Notes: a model not told the origin generated them from the letters alone. Positions 13,141 through 24,847 are shown, counted from the first letter of the whole stretch. The stretch is DNA of 63,838 nucleotides, filler included, from Octopus bimaculoides (GCF_001194135.2; 4 parts of 4 records of this genome joined end to end with filler, not necessarily neighbours in it), one strand, 5' to 3'. Made by a program: numbers and translations.

Positions 13141-13358
13141 TAAAAGTTCTGAAGTTTTTGTGGTGGGGGTAAAGAAGGGGTGGGGGTGGAGTCAGTGGAC
13201 GGAGTCCACTTCAGTACTTTACTGGTACTTCCTTCTTTCTCTTATTGAAAGTCCCAGCAAGGAGCCGGAGCAAATGCCAAAAGTCGTTTTGTCTGATTCT
13301 CTAAGTGACTCCATCACTCTCTCATAATTTCAGCAAAAGGGAAGAAATTATAGCGGAA

Positions 13359-13527
13359 GTGGGTTAGTTGATTATATCGACCCCACAATCTTGATTGGTT
13401 TTATGTTCTATTGACCCCGAAATGGTGAAAAACACAATTGATATCGGTGTGATTTGAACGCAGGACGCATATCGTCTCAACAAACAACTCAAGGCATTTT
13501 GTGTGACGCTACTCCAAACTCAGCTTC
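13359..13527 (-). mobile_element. Diverged SINE-A copy
   Basis: gttgattatatcgacccc...attgaccccgaaatggtgaaa...gatttgaacgcagg is the reverse complement of core and B-box. Confidence 0.65.
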
Positions 13528-13939
13528 CTGGGAAAAAGTTTAGAGGTCTATTCTGCTATGAGTGTAGCTCATTGCAAATATTATGACTTAGTGAAACAGA
13601 AGATATTAGATTGTCATGAACAGGTAGCTGAAATGTACCGGCAAAAGTTTAGGCAAGCTTGGAAAAATTCCTTTGACTTTTACATAGAATTCGCTAGGAA
13701 TATAGTTTTTTCTTGTTTTTTGTTTTATTAGAATTTAAAAAATTTCATAATGGCCTACATAAACCTGTTCACTCTCATACCCATCTATATTATACCTGCG
13801 TCTGTGATTTATAAAAAAAAGTTACGCACATGTGCTTCAAGTTTATTGCTAATCACTTCAGCAATATCCTTGAAATCCTTTCCATAACGACCAACACCTT
13901 GCACAACGAGTAATAGATCATCATTAGTACAACGAGAAT

Positions 13940-14070
13940 TTATTTCACTTTATTATCGATCCGCGAAAGAACTAAAGGTGAATGTGACATCGGCAGAATT
14001 TGTACTTAGTATATAACTAGCTGGAACAAATAGCAATAATCATTTAGCTCAACTCGCTAACGATACCACT
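13940..14070 (-). mobile_element. Diverged SINE-A copy
   Basis: ttatcgatccgcgaaagaactaaagg...atcggcagaatttgtacttag...cgctaacgata. Confidence 0.6.
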
Positions 14071-14122
14071 AATTAACTAATACGGTGTATTGACGAAAAT
14101 TATAATAATTTGTAATTTGGAA

Positions 14123-14296
14123 GGCGGCGAGCTGGCAGAATCGTTAGCAAAAAACATTTTGCCCCCTCTTTATGTTCTGAGTTCAAATTTCGCCGAGGTC
14201 GACTTTGACTTTTATCCTTTCGGGGTCGATAAAATAAGTACCAGTTGAACACTGGGGTTGATGTAATCGGCTCAACACCCCAACTCCTCAAAATTG
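14123..14296 (+). mobile_element. SINE-A with a short deletion in the head
   Basis: ggcggcgagctggcagaatcgttagc...gagttcaaatttcgccgaggtcgactttg...ggggtcgataaaataagtaccagttg. Confidence 0.92.
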
Positions 14297-14336
14297 TTAA
14301 CCCACAGCAAGGTCAGTGAGATGAGGGAGAGGAGAT

Positions 14337-14510
14337 GACTCGAATACATTGAACACGGGACTTGGGTGCTGCTAGATTTACCGATTCCATAAGAATAAAA
14401 GACAAACTTGTTTTCCATCGGCAGGATTTGAACTCAGAGCGTAAAGAACCGGGACACATACAGAAAAGTAATTTGTTCGACGCACACCGACCGTTCAAGT
14501 CAATCCAGCA
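14337..14510 (-). mobile_element. Diverged SINE-A copy, inverted relative to 14123-14296
   Basis: catcggcaggatttgaactcagagcgtaaag is the reverse complement of the B-box region. Confidence 0.65.
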
Positions 14511-15433
14511 ACACTCGCGATACAGGAATAGTAAAATCGTTTTAATTTAGTCTTAAAAACNNNNNNNNNNNNNNNNNNNNNNNNNNNNNNNNNNNNNNNN
14601 NNNNNNNNNNNNNNNNNNNNNNNNNNNNNNNNNNNNNNNNNNNNNNNNNNNNNNNNNNNNNNNNNNNNNNNNNNNNNNNNNNNNNNNNNNNNNNNNNNNN
14701 NNNNNNNNNNNNNNNNNNNNNNNNNNNNNNNNNNNNNNNNNNNNNNNNNNNNNNNNNNNNNNNNNNNNNNNNNNNNNNNNNNNNNNNNNNNNNNNNNNNN
14801 NNNNNNNNNNNNNNNNNNNNNNNNNNNNNNNNNNNNNNNNNNNNNNNNNNNNNNNNNNNNNNNNNNNNNNNNNNNNNNNNNNNNNNNNNNNNNNNNNNNN
14901 NNNNNNNNNNNNNNNNNNNNNNNNNNNNNNNNNNNNNNNNNNNNNNNNNNNNNNNNNNNNNNNNNNNNNNNNNNNNNNNNNNNNNNNNNNNNNNNNNNNN
15001 NNNNNNNNNNNNNNNNNNNNNNNNNNNNNNNNNNNNNNNNNNNNNNNNNNNNNNNNNNNNNNNNNNNNNNNNNNNNNNNNNNNNNNNNNNNNNNNNNNNN
15101 NNNNNNNNNNNNNNNNNNNNNNNNNNNNNNNNNNNNNNNNNNNNNNNNNNNNNNNNNNNNNNNNNNNNNNNNNNNNNNNNNNNNNNNNNNNNNNNNNNNN
15201 NNNNNNNNNNNNNNNNNNNNNNNNNNNNNNNNNNNNNNNNNNNNNNNNNNNNNNNNNNNNNNNNNNNNNNNNNNNNNNNNNNNNNNNNNNNNNNNNNNNN
15301 NNNNNNNNNNNNNNNNNNNNNNNNNNNNNNNNNNNNNNNNNNNNNNNNNNNNNNNNNNNNNNNNNNNNNNNNNNNNNNNNNNNNNNNNNNNTCTCTCTCT
15401 CTCTTTCTCTCTCTCTCTTTCTCTCTCTCTCTT

Positions 15434-15490
<57 letters not shown>

Positions 15491-15491
15491 G

Positions 15492-15522
<31 letters not shown>

Positions 15523-15924
15523 TTATACACACACATATGTTTGTGAGTGAGAATGTGTGTGTGTGTGTGTGTATACACGTATATGTATATATTTAAATAT
15601 ATACATATATGTATGTGTGTATATGTGTTTATGTGTGTGTGTTATGTGTAAGTGTATTTGTATATATGTATACAAATCTGAAGTTAAAGTTATGTAAATT
15701 AAGACATGAAATAAACACAAATAAAATAAATTTTATCAACAATAACAACAACAACAAATACAGAAATATATAAAAAAAAACAAAATGCTTAGTTTTGTAT
15801 TTATTATTATTTATGTATTTTGGGGGTATTTTTTCCTGTTTATTTTTTTGTTCGTTTTCTGTTTCTTTTCATTATTTGCTCCTTTCTCATATTCATAATT
15901 ATTCATTTCGCTATTCAGTATTGG

Positions 15925-15970
<46 letters not shown>

Positions 15971-16149
15971 GTGTTTGTGTGTGTGGGTGTGTGTGTGTTT
16001 GTGTGCATGTTTTTTGTGTGTGTATATATATATGTGTGTGTATGTGTGCGCGCGTGTGGGCATATGGTTCGTTAATTCTCAACCGATTTTGTCATCAATA
16101 ATCGAACATCAAATTGGCGAGATACAGGTAAAATAACAACAAAAAGAAA

Positions 16150-16296
16150 CGGGTACGATGACAACAACAACAGCAACAACAGCAACAACAACAACAACAA
16201 CAATACAATGGTGATGATGATGATTATAACTATTAACATCGTCTTCTTCTTCATCATCATCATCATCATTATAATTATTGCTATTAGTGTTGTTGC

Positions 16297-16370
<74 letters not shown>
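16150..16370. repeat. (AAC)/(CAT)/(ATT)n compound microsatellite
   Basis: Directly visible. Confidence 0.95.
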
Positions 16371-16639
16371 GTATTCTTGACGACGATAAACCAATAATTA
16401 TGTAAAGGCTACCGAAAAATCGAACTAAACGTCTCTGGAATTACAGCATTTGCTAAGAAATATGCGCGCGCAAACACACACAAGCACACGCCCGGAAAGT
16501 ACAAATAACCGCATGTCACGTGATATGTGGCGTTAAGTTGAGCCTCAAAAAGTGGGTACAAACATTCCATATATAAAATGGCATAAAAGTTAATATTAGC
16601 ACTTTCATGTTCGTGTGGGATAATTTACGATGTGAATAT

Positions 16640-17230
16640 TTCTCAGTTACATAAAATATCATCGTATGCAATTGTTTAGTTCAAGATAATCATTACAATG
16701 TTGGAAAATTCACATTTATCGTTCTTTGCCAAATGTACTTTGTAAGTGATGTAGAAAATTTTATGAAGAAAACCATATGTTGGTATAGTCGATTCTTAAA
16801 TGAACTTTCTCTTAAGCCGATGTAAGATGTGACACGGTCGGTTTTGTTACGGTTTTCGTGGTTCTTATACACGAAGCAGTTAATCATGCGCTAGTTATCC
16901 AAGAGATGCGTCTGGGTGTACTGATATTTACAGTTACCTTGTATTTGATTTTGTATTATTTTGATAGAATTGTAGTTGTGTAATACAGTTATATTCTTTT
17001 GTAGAAGGGAGTGTTTGTTCATGAATTTATTAACGGTGGATTGAACCAGAGCATATTTCTGTCTCATGTGTTTCATTTTTGTTATTTGTGAATGGTCAGT
17101 TATTTACTCATGAGTTTTTGAAAAATATTACGATGAGTGAACTGTTGCACTTGTCTTCAGCCTCTTAAACATGCGATCTGTCCGAAGAAAGATTCTCATA
17201 CGTATACTTTTTTGTCGTAGGCATTTATTT
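16640..17230 (-). mobile_element. Penelope-like element fragment (post-RT linker and GIY-YIG endonuclease), degenerate
   Basis: Minus-strand RNMLWFNPP (about 17030-17060) and CFVYK...TSYIGLRESSFKNRLYQH...STSLTKYIW are typical of PLE linker and GIY-YIG motifs. Frameshifted. Confidence 0.8.
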
Positions 17231-17254
17231 GATAAAATTTAATGGGCAGTTGGA

Positions 17255-17384
<130 letters not shown>

Positions 17385-17386
17385 TA

Positions 17387-18263
17387 CGAGAGGGTAACCA
17401 AAAGAAACCGGAATTTTGCAATATTATTTTACTCACACAGTTTTACATGTTTACATTTTTATCGCCTTCAAAGAATCCTCCACTACTCGAAACAGTCCTG
17501 GAACTCTTCCGAAATAATGCCTTTTAACGCCTTCGTCGTATTTTTCTTCACCTCTTCCACAGCAGCAAATTCCGTAGCACCAGCTTTCGTCACTACTGAT
17601 GACCTTCGAAAAAAGTTCCGGATCAAATTCCAACTGTTCTTTTAGTTCAAGGCACGCATTTAGTAGTAACGGCTTTTGATCTTCCGTGATCAAGCGAGGC
17701 ACAAATTTTACTGCAATCCTTTTCATTCGTAATTCCTCGCTCAAAATTCATTAGCAGGAGCTCCAGGACACACACCAGTCATATCAACAAGTTCGTCAAT
17801 TCTTTGGCTACAGTCCTCCAAGATCAGTTCATGAATTTTCGCGATGTTTTCATTCGTACGGGAGGTTGACGATCGCTCTGAATGTAGTTGGTCTTTAAGC
17901 AACAAGTGACCATTCTCAAAACGAAAAAAAAAAACACTCAAAAACTTGTGTTTTACTCATGGCAGCTGCTTTGTAAGCTGTTTGAAGTATGACAACTGTT
18001 TCGGCCACCGTTTTCTCCAGCAGAAAACAAAATTTCACGAAAGCACGTTGTTTCTTCGTTTCATTGCAAAATTCGGCGAACAGAGGAGAAGCACTGCAAA
18101 GCAATAATGACACACCACGTGGCAACACGTTCTGAGACGATGTCGTCAGTTGGCCGACTGATGCCTGAGGGTTGCTTCAAGTGGGTTCTAGCGGTGGAAG
18201 CCTAAACTTGCAACGGGCTTGTCCCACAGAGAACGTTTCTGCTTACTTTTGGGTGCCCCATCG
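17387..18263 (-). mobile_element. Mariner (Tc1/mariner) transposon, internally deleted, 877 bp, both TIRs and TA TSD present
   Basis: TA at 17385-86 and 18264-65. TIRs are cgagagggtaaccaaaagaaacc and the reverse complement cgatggggcacccaaaagtaagc. Translation gives KQRAFVKFCF...MSKTQVFE (HTH), then KFVPRLIT...KVISSDESWCYG, then jumps to the C-terminal EEVKK...EEFQDCFE...FEGD. A poly-T frameshift lies near 17925. Confidence 0.93.
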
Positions 18264-18275
18264 TACACACACACA

Positions 18276-18322
<47 letters not shown>

Positions 18323-20235
18323 ATATCTGTCTGTCTATCTATACTGTATCTATTTATCTATCTATCTAGCTTTCTTTCTGTCTTTCATCCGTTCTTTCTT
18401 TCAATGTGTGGGTATGCGTGTACCCATATGTCTGTATGACGATGGTTAAAAACTAACCCTGCCTCTCAAAACGTGTGACCTTGTATCTAAATACGGAATG
18501 AATTTTTTTCTATTTTTATAAGAAACTCCCGGAAGGAAATCAACAAATTATGTGGCGGAAAAATTTAAACGACAGAATATTAATATCAGTAATATATTGA
18601 GGGTTACTATATTTCGGATATGCACGAAGAAATACATCCACATCAAACCCAATAAAACATTACCTGTGTTTCTTTTCTCATTTCTTTCATTTTTTTCCCT
18701 CTTTGTACGCGAGAAAAAAAATCCTATACAGGACTAACGCGTTTTGACACTACAACGAAATATCCCTTTTGGTCGACTGTAGCTGTAAAGCTCAACCTAT
18801 AAACTGGTTATATAGATTTACCATAGATAGTCACTTTCCTTTTCTGGACGTTTGATGTTATATTTATGGAAGCCTGGACAAGTAACTTTTATACTATTTT
18901 CCTTTCATATTTATTATGCTGTTGTTGATGTTTCGTTCTTTCTTTCCCTCTTTCTTTCTTTCTTTCTTTCTTTTTTCTTTTTTGCAGTGGTGGATGGAGG
19001 CAGCTTGGGGCTATTTTCTTATCTTGGTCCGCAGAATGAAAAAAAAAAAAAAATGTCCACTGTTAGTGTTTTTTTCATTTTTTTTGTTTCTTTGTATGCT
19101 CTGTTGTTGCTTCTATTTATGTACAAACACACACATACATCTGTGTGTGTGTGTGTATATATTTGTATGTATGCAAGTGTATATATATATATGTATATAT
19201 NNNNNNNNNNNNNNNNNNNNNNNNNNNNNNNNNNNNNNNNNNNNNNNNNNNNNNNNNNNNNNNNNNNNNNNNNNNNNNNNNNNNNNNNNNNNNNNNNNNN
19301 NNNNNNNNNNNNNNNNNNNNNNNNNNNNNNNNNNNNNNNNNNNNNNNNNNNNNNNNNNNNNNNNNNNNNNNNNNNNNNNNNNNNNNNNNNNNNNNNNNNN
19401 NNNNNNNNNNNNNNNNNNNNNNNNNNNNNNNNNNNNNNNNNNNNNNNNNNNNNNNNNNNNNTATATATATTTATATATAGATATATATGTATATACGTAT
19501 ACCTATATACCTATATATATTTTGTTATACATGCAATTTATTGATTTCATTTTATTGGAAAAATTTTCCACCAATACCTCGTTTTTTCTTCCTTTGTCCA
19601 CGTTATTCTTTCTTTGCCCATATTTATATTTATTTTTATTTTTACTTTTATTTCCTCGAAGACTTTCGTCATTGCATTCCATTCCAAACCAATGTATTGT
19701 AGCTGAAATGTCCGTCCAGGTTATCTTTCTTATAATCTTCGCCGTATGATGTTTTTGTGAAAATGGCCACCATATTGAATAATATTTTCGCCTCGGCCGT
19801 TGTTCGTACATCGAAACTTGAATTACTTTCGACAAGCAAAATCCGGATAAACAAGATTTATTATTGAAAATTTGATATTTTATAGGCATTATTATCTCAT
19901 TGAAGTGTGCATGTATGCTGCAACATGTAGCTATGCAGGTAAGAATAATAGGTAGATCTAGATATCGGTAACAGCAGGTGTGCATACATATTTATGTATA
20001 TATGTATGTCTATGTATTAACGAATGTACATACGTATGTATATGTGTGTGTTTGTTCGTGTGTGTGTGCGTTTGTGTGTGTGTTGTCCTGTAAGGAGGTA
20101 TTTTTGAACATATAACCATTTATATAACATAAACTCAGAAACCAAATTTAAGAGCTTATAGAAGTATGTATACATAGGTTTTCGTGCCTACTGCTTTTCT
20201 GTTTTCTGTGCAGACATACGCATGCTTGTATGTAT

Positions 20236-20304
20236 GTATGACAATATTCATGTATGACAGTATTCATGTATGACAGTATTCATGTATGACAGTATTCATG
20301 TATG
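20236..20304. repeat. 16-bp minisatellite (gtatgacagtattcat) x4
   Basis: Directly visible. Confidence 0.9.
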
Positions 20305-20470
20305 TAGGTATGCATATATATCTGTAGAAGGTTGAAAAGGAACACACGAGTTGATGTATATATGGAAAAAAAAGTTAAGGTAGAAAATGCTAAAATAATT
20401 TTATAAAAAAACATTTCAGTACCGGTTTCGGTCATTGAGACTTTTTCAACTTTAAGTATGGAAAACAATA

Positions 20471-20565
20471 ATTAAGTCGACCTCGGCAGCATTTGAACTC
20501 AGAACGTACAGACAAGCGAAGGATGTCAAGGTTTTAGTGCACTACGGCCGTTTCACGCGGCTTCA
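20471..20565 (-). mobile_element. SINE-A head fragment
   Basis: aagtcgacctcggcagcatttgaactcagaacgtacagac. Confidence 0.75.
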
Positions 20566-21340
20566 TTTAATCGAACAATGCAAGCAATACCTTGACCTCC
20601 TCGTTACTTATATGCATTTATTGACCTTACTTCAAACTCTGTGGATAATAGCGGACTGACTTGGTGCCTCAACTTAGGTACTTAATTCAACTGAATCATA
20701 GTTATTTCTCTCTCNNNNNNNNNNNNNNNNNNNNNNNNNNNNNNNNNNNNNNNNNNNNNNNNNNNNNNNNNNNNNNNNNNNNNNNNNNNNNNNNNNNNNN
20801 NNNNNNNNNNNNNNNNNNNNNNNNNNNNNNNNNNNNNNNNNNNNNNNNNNNNNNNNNNNNNNNNNNNNNNNNNNNNNNNNNNNNNNNNNNNNNNNNNNNN
20901 NNNNNNNNNNNNNNNNNNNNNNNNNNNNNNNNNNNNNNNNNNNNNNNNNNNNNNNNNNNNNNNNNNNNNNNNNNNNNNNNNNNNNNNNNNNNNNNNNNNN
21001 NNNNNNNNNNNNNNNNNNNNNNNNNNNNNNNNNNNNNNNNNNNNNNNNNNNNNNNNNNNNNNNNNNNNNNNNNNNNNNNNNNNNNNNNNNNNNNNNNNNN
21101 NNNNNNNNNNNNNNNNNNNNNNNNNNNNNNNNNNNNNNNNNNNNNNNNNNNNNNNNNNNNNNNNNNNNNNNNNNNNNNNNNNNNNNNNNNNNNNNNNNNN
21201 NNNNNNNNNNNNNNNNNNNNNNNNNNNNNNNNNNNNNNNNNNNNNNNNNNNNNNNNNNNNNNNNNNNNNNNNNNNNNNNNNNNNNNNNNNNNNNNNNNNN
21301 NNNNNNNNNNNNNNNNNNNNNNNNNNNNNNNAGATAGATA

Positions 21341-21502
21341 CGAAGGGCTTCTTTCAGTTTCCGTCTACCAAATCAACTCACAAGGATTTGGTCAGCCCGA
21401 GGCTATAGTAGAAGACACTTGCCAAGGTGCCACGCAGTGGGATTGAGCCCGGAACCAGGTGGTTGAGAAGCAAGTTTCTTTCCATACACCCACGCCTGCG
21501 CC
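21341..21502 (-). mobile_element. SINE-B 5' half (head and CORE-like segment); 3' half lost in a gap
   Basis: The reverse complement reads ggcgcaggcgtgggtgtatgg...gggctcaatcccactgcgtggcaccttggcaagtgtcttctactatagcctcggg...aaactgaaagaagccc. Confidence 0.92.
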
Positions 21503-21524
21503 TATACACACACACACACACACA

Positions 21525-21561
<37 letters not shown>

Positions 21562-21592
21562 CACACATACACACACATATATATATACATAT

Positions 21593-21628
<36 letters not shown>

Positions 21629-21696
21629 TTCTGTATGTACGTATGGATTAATGTATACACACATATCTCTGCTTGCATGAGCGCATGCTATATGCG

Positions 21697-21727
<31 letters not shown>

Positions 21728-21827
21728 NNNNNNNNNNNNNNNNNNNNNNNNNNNNNNNNNNNNNNNNNNNNNNNNNNNNNNNNNNNNNNNNNNNNNNNNN
21801 NNNNNNNNNNNNNNNNNNNNNNNNNNN

Positions 21828-21870
<43 letters not shown>

Positions 21871-22011
21871 TCATAATTATATGTGCGTGTATATATGTAT
21901 ATTTATATTTATAAGCATTTATATCGTTTAGGCATTGTGTGCCCACTAACCCAGTGTATAACTCAATATACGTATGTAACAGAAAAAAAGTGTTGACTGA
22001 GTATTCAATGG

Positions 22012-22109
22012 TACAGTGGAACCTCGGTTTTCGAACAACTCTGATTACGAATATTCATTTAATACAGTAGAACCTCGGTTTACGAACGCCTCTGCTCACG
22101 AATAAATCG
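22012..22109 (+). mobile_element. Two tandem pogo/Tigger-like terminal repeats (TA-CAGTRGAACCTCGGTT), 51-bp spacing
   Basis: tacagtggaacctcggttttcgaac at 22012 and tacagtagaacctcggtttacgaac at 22063. TA plus CAGT is the pogo/Tigger TIR start. Confidence 0.7.
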
Positions 22110-22132
22110 TGCTTTTTATATCTATCTATCTT

Positions 22133-22207
<75 letters not shown>

Positions 22208-22251
22208 NNNNNNNNNNNNNNNNNNNNNNNNNNNNNNNNNNNNNNNNNNNN

Positions 22252-22263
22252 TTAATTAATTAA
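22252..22263. other. Assembly linker TTAATTAATTAA inside 44N+12+44N (also 37037-37048 and 62683-62694)
   Basis: Three identical 100-bp placeholders. The palindromic 12-mer has stops in all six frames. Confidence 0.95.
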
Positions 22264-22307
22264 NNNNNNNNNNNNNNNNNNNNNNNNNNNNNNNNNNNNN
22301 NNNNNNN

Positions 22308-22552
22308 GGGAGATTCAGCGTGACACAGAATGTGACAAGGCTGGCCCTTTGAAATACGGGTACAACAGAAACAGGAAGAAAGAGTAAGAGAAAGTTGTGG
22401 TGAAAGTGTACAGCAGGATTGCCCCCCACCTCTCTGCCGGGGCCTCTTGGAGCTTTAGGTGTTTTCTCTCAATAAACACTCACAACGTCCGGCCTGGGAA
22501 TCGAAACAGCGATCATACTACTGCGAGTCCACTGCCCTAACCACTGGGTCAT
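22308..22552 (-). mobile_element. SINE-D (tRNA-like head, distinct body)
   Basis: The reverse complement atgacccagtggttagggcagtggactcgcagt...gtttcgattcccagg has A-box and B-box-like motifs. Confidence 0.75.
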
Positions 22553-23487
22553 ATATATATATATTTATGTATATGTACATATATGTGTGTGCACACACAT
22601 ACACATATATTTCATTTTTTTCATTTTTCNNNNNNNNNNNNNNNNNNNNNNNNNNNNNNNNNNNNNNNNNNNNNNNNNNNNNNNNNNNNNNNNNNNNNNN
22701 NNNNNNNNNNNNNNNNATATATATTATGATGACAGCTTGAGAAAAACAATTTTCCTGTTACGGTCACGAAGTGTAGAGAAAGAATGTTTGATAACGCACT
22801 GGAAAATTGTTTAAATGGTGTATCTACATTTGCACAACCTGTTTCTCGATTATGTTATTTTCGAAAGTAGTGATTAATGTGAGGAAATAAAGCTATACCT
22901 TGTTTGTCTTGCTTAATAATTGCTCAGTTTCCATTTTGACCGTTTCTATGGCAATTTTCTCTCCAACTTTTCTTTGTTGTTCAGTTATATTAGTGATAGC
23001 TTTACTTTGTTATTTCCTGTGAAGGACAATCGCTTTTGAATTAATATATCGTATTTGCCCTTATTTTTTCATGCATTGCAAGTGTCAAATTTGCAGTTCG
23101 TTCAATTTTGGTTGCAAATATGATTGAAGTTTATACTTCATTGAATGTCTTTGTCTTCATGGATTATAATCGTTCTTTCCTTTTTATGGATTTGAGCTTT
23201 GCTCAGTCTCCCACTCAGTGAATATTCAAACTTTGGTGCAACAAAGAATTTACCAAATTACCTTGTCTGTTCAGACAACACCAATGTTTAATTACGGGTA
23301 AATACGCTTCTGAATATGCTTCTTAAAATACGCTTCACCAAAACTACGAAACATGAGAGAATAAACTATAGTAACACATCTCACGGAGACACTACACTAT
23401 GGTAATCCACATTCTCACATATAATCAATAGTCAGCCATAAGCTCTATGGAGAAAACCGTTTCTCTGTCGTTCATATTAACACATGG

Positions 23488-23912
23488 AAGGGTAAAGTTT
23501 AAAGACCCCCTTCGGTCACGGATGACTATGGGATTGCACATAGAAATTTAGCCTCCGAAACACAAATACGGGGTAAAGTTGTAAATAGAAGACCAGCAGT
23601 CATCCATGCATACCAGCTTCCCTCTTTCAAAACCATCGACGTTATCCTAGTGGAAGGCAAAGGCCGATACAGATTTGCACCAGTGAGGAAAACAATTTTT
23701 CGGTTGCGGTCACGGAGAGAAGTGTTGAGAAAGAATGTTTGAAAATGCACTGGAAAAATGTCTAAATGGTTCATCTACATTTGCACAACATTTCTACAGC
23801 TGTGTCAACTGGTGCAACGTGAAATTAAGTACCTTGCTCAAGAACGCAACACACAGAGCCTGATCCGGTCCTCAAGACTGTGAGCCCGACTATCTAACCT
23901 CTGGGCCATGCG
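23488..23912 (-). mobile_element. SINE-C, near full length, interrupted by a 106-bp insert at 23684-23789
   Basis: The reverse-complement head cgcatggcccagaggttagatagtcggg...gcgttcttgagcaaggtacttaatttcacgttgcaccagttg is similar to the copy at 27459. Confidence 0.75.
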
Positions 23913-24051
23913 ACACTCCCTAGATGAACACAACCTTGACTTCTGGGTGCAATTTCGTCCATATCATCATGTGACCTGGTGCATGTACATACCGCTGTAT
24001 TCACTGGGGCAATGCAACTTTAACTATTAGCGCAACTAATATATCCAAACG

Positions 24052-24089
24052 ACAGTGATGCCCTAACCTCGTGAACAGGGCATCACTGT
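24052..24089. other. Perfect 13-bp inverted repeat with a 12-nt loop
   Basis: acagtgatgccct / agggcatcactgt. Confidence 0.9.
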
Positions 24090-24177
24090 TTCGACCAACC
24101 GAACAGTACCTCAGCAGATAACAGTTTCAGCCGTAATCACTCCACAAGTATTAATAAATATTCAAACCTTGTGTGTG

Positions 24178-24243
<66 letters not shown>

Positions 24244-24303
24244 TGTGTGTTTAAGTTTATGTCTGTGAGTATGCGTGCGTGTACAGGAATAAAAGCTATT
24301 ACA

Positions 24304-24847
24304 GGTACAGGCGTGGCTGTTGGTAGAAAGCTTGCTTCGGATCCTTTCCCTTTGAACGGCACATTTAAAAAATAATTTTTTGCAGCTAAATACTTTCAAA
24401 ATTCGTGTACTAGTAGTATGTGTCACATAAAACATCATTTACTCTTGGTGTTTTTGAGAAAATTGTGTATTTTCGAAGTTATTTCGTGTTGAAGTTGTCG
24501 TATTTCGGTAATTTCAACCAATCAATGATGTGTATTCAGCTGAATAAAACTACTGCCGTTTTTTGTCAACAACAACTATCGGCGGTGTATAGTGTTTAGC
24601 TACAAAAATTTATTTTTTTAAATCTGCCGGCCAAAGCGAAAAGACCCCATGCTTCTCAACCATATGGTTTTTCGAGCTCAGTCCCCACTGCGTGTCACCT
24701 TGGGCAAGTGTCTTCTACTATAGCCACGAACCGACCAAAGCCTTGTGAGTGGATTTGGTAGATGGAAACTGAAAGAAGCTGGTTACACACCCACACACGT
24801 ATTTGTGTGTCTGTGTTTGTCCTCCCACCATCGCTTAACAACCGATA
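24304..24847 (+). mobile_element. SINE-B, head split by a MITE (pieces 24304-24338 and 24656-24847)
   Basis: ggcgtggctgttggtagaaagcttgcttc and tcaaccatatgg...gtcaccttgggcaagtgtcttctactatagcc rejoin into a SINE-B. Confidence 0.88.
24339..24647. mobile_element. 309-bp MITE with about 55-bp imperfect TIRs and an 8-bp TSD (Merlin- or hAT-like)
   Basis: Left ggatcctttccctttgaacggcacatttaaaaaataattttttgcagctaaatact versus the reverse complement of the right end gggtcttttcgctttggccggcagatttaaaaaaataaatttttgtagctaaacact. TSD cttgcttc (24331-38) and catgcttc (24648-55). Confidence 0.88.

Noticed and set aside
19669-19985. Overlapping minus-strand ORFs and a 53-nt + strand AG...CAG|GTAAGA mini-exon
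   Set aside because: No recognisable domain, alternative start codons, and weak splice context; consistent with chance.
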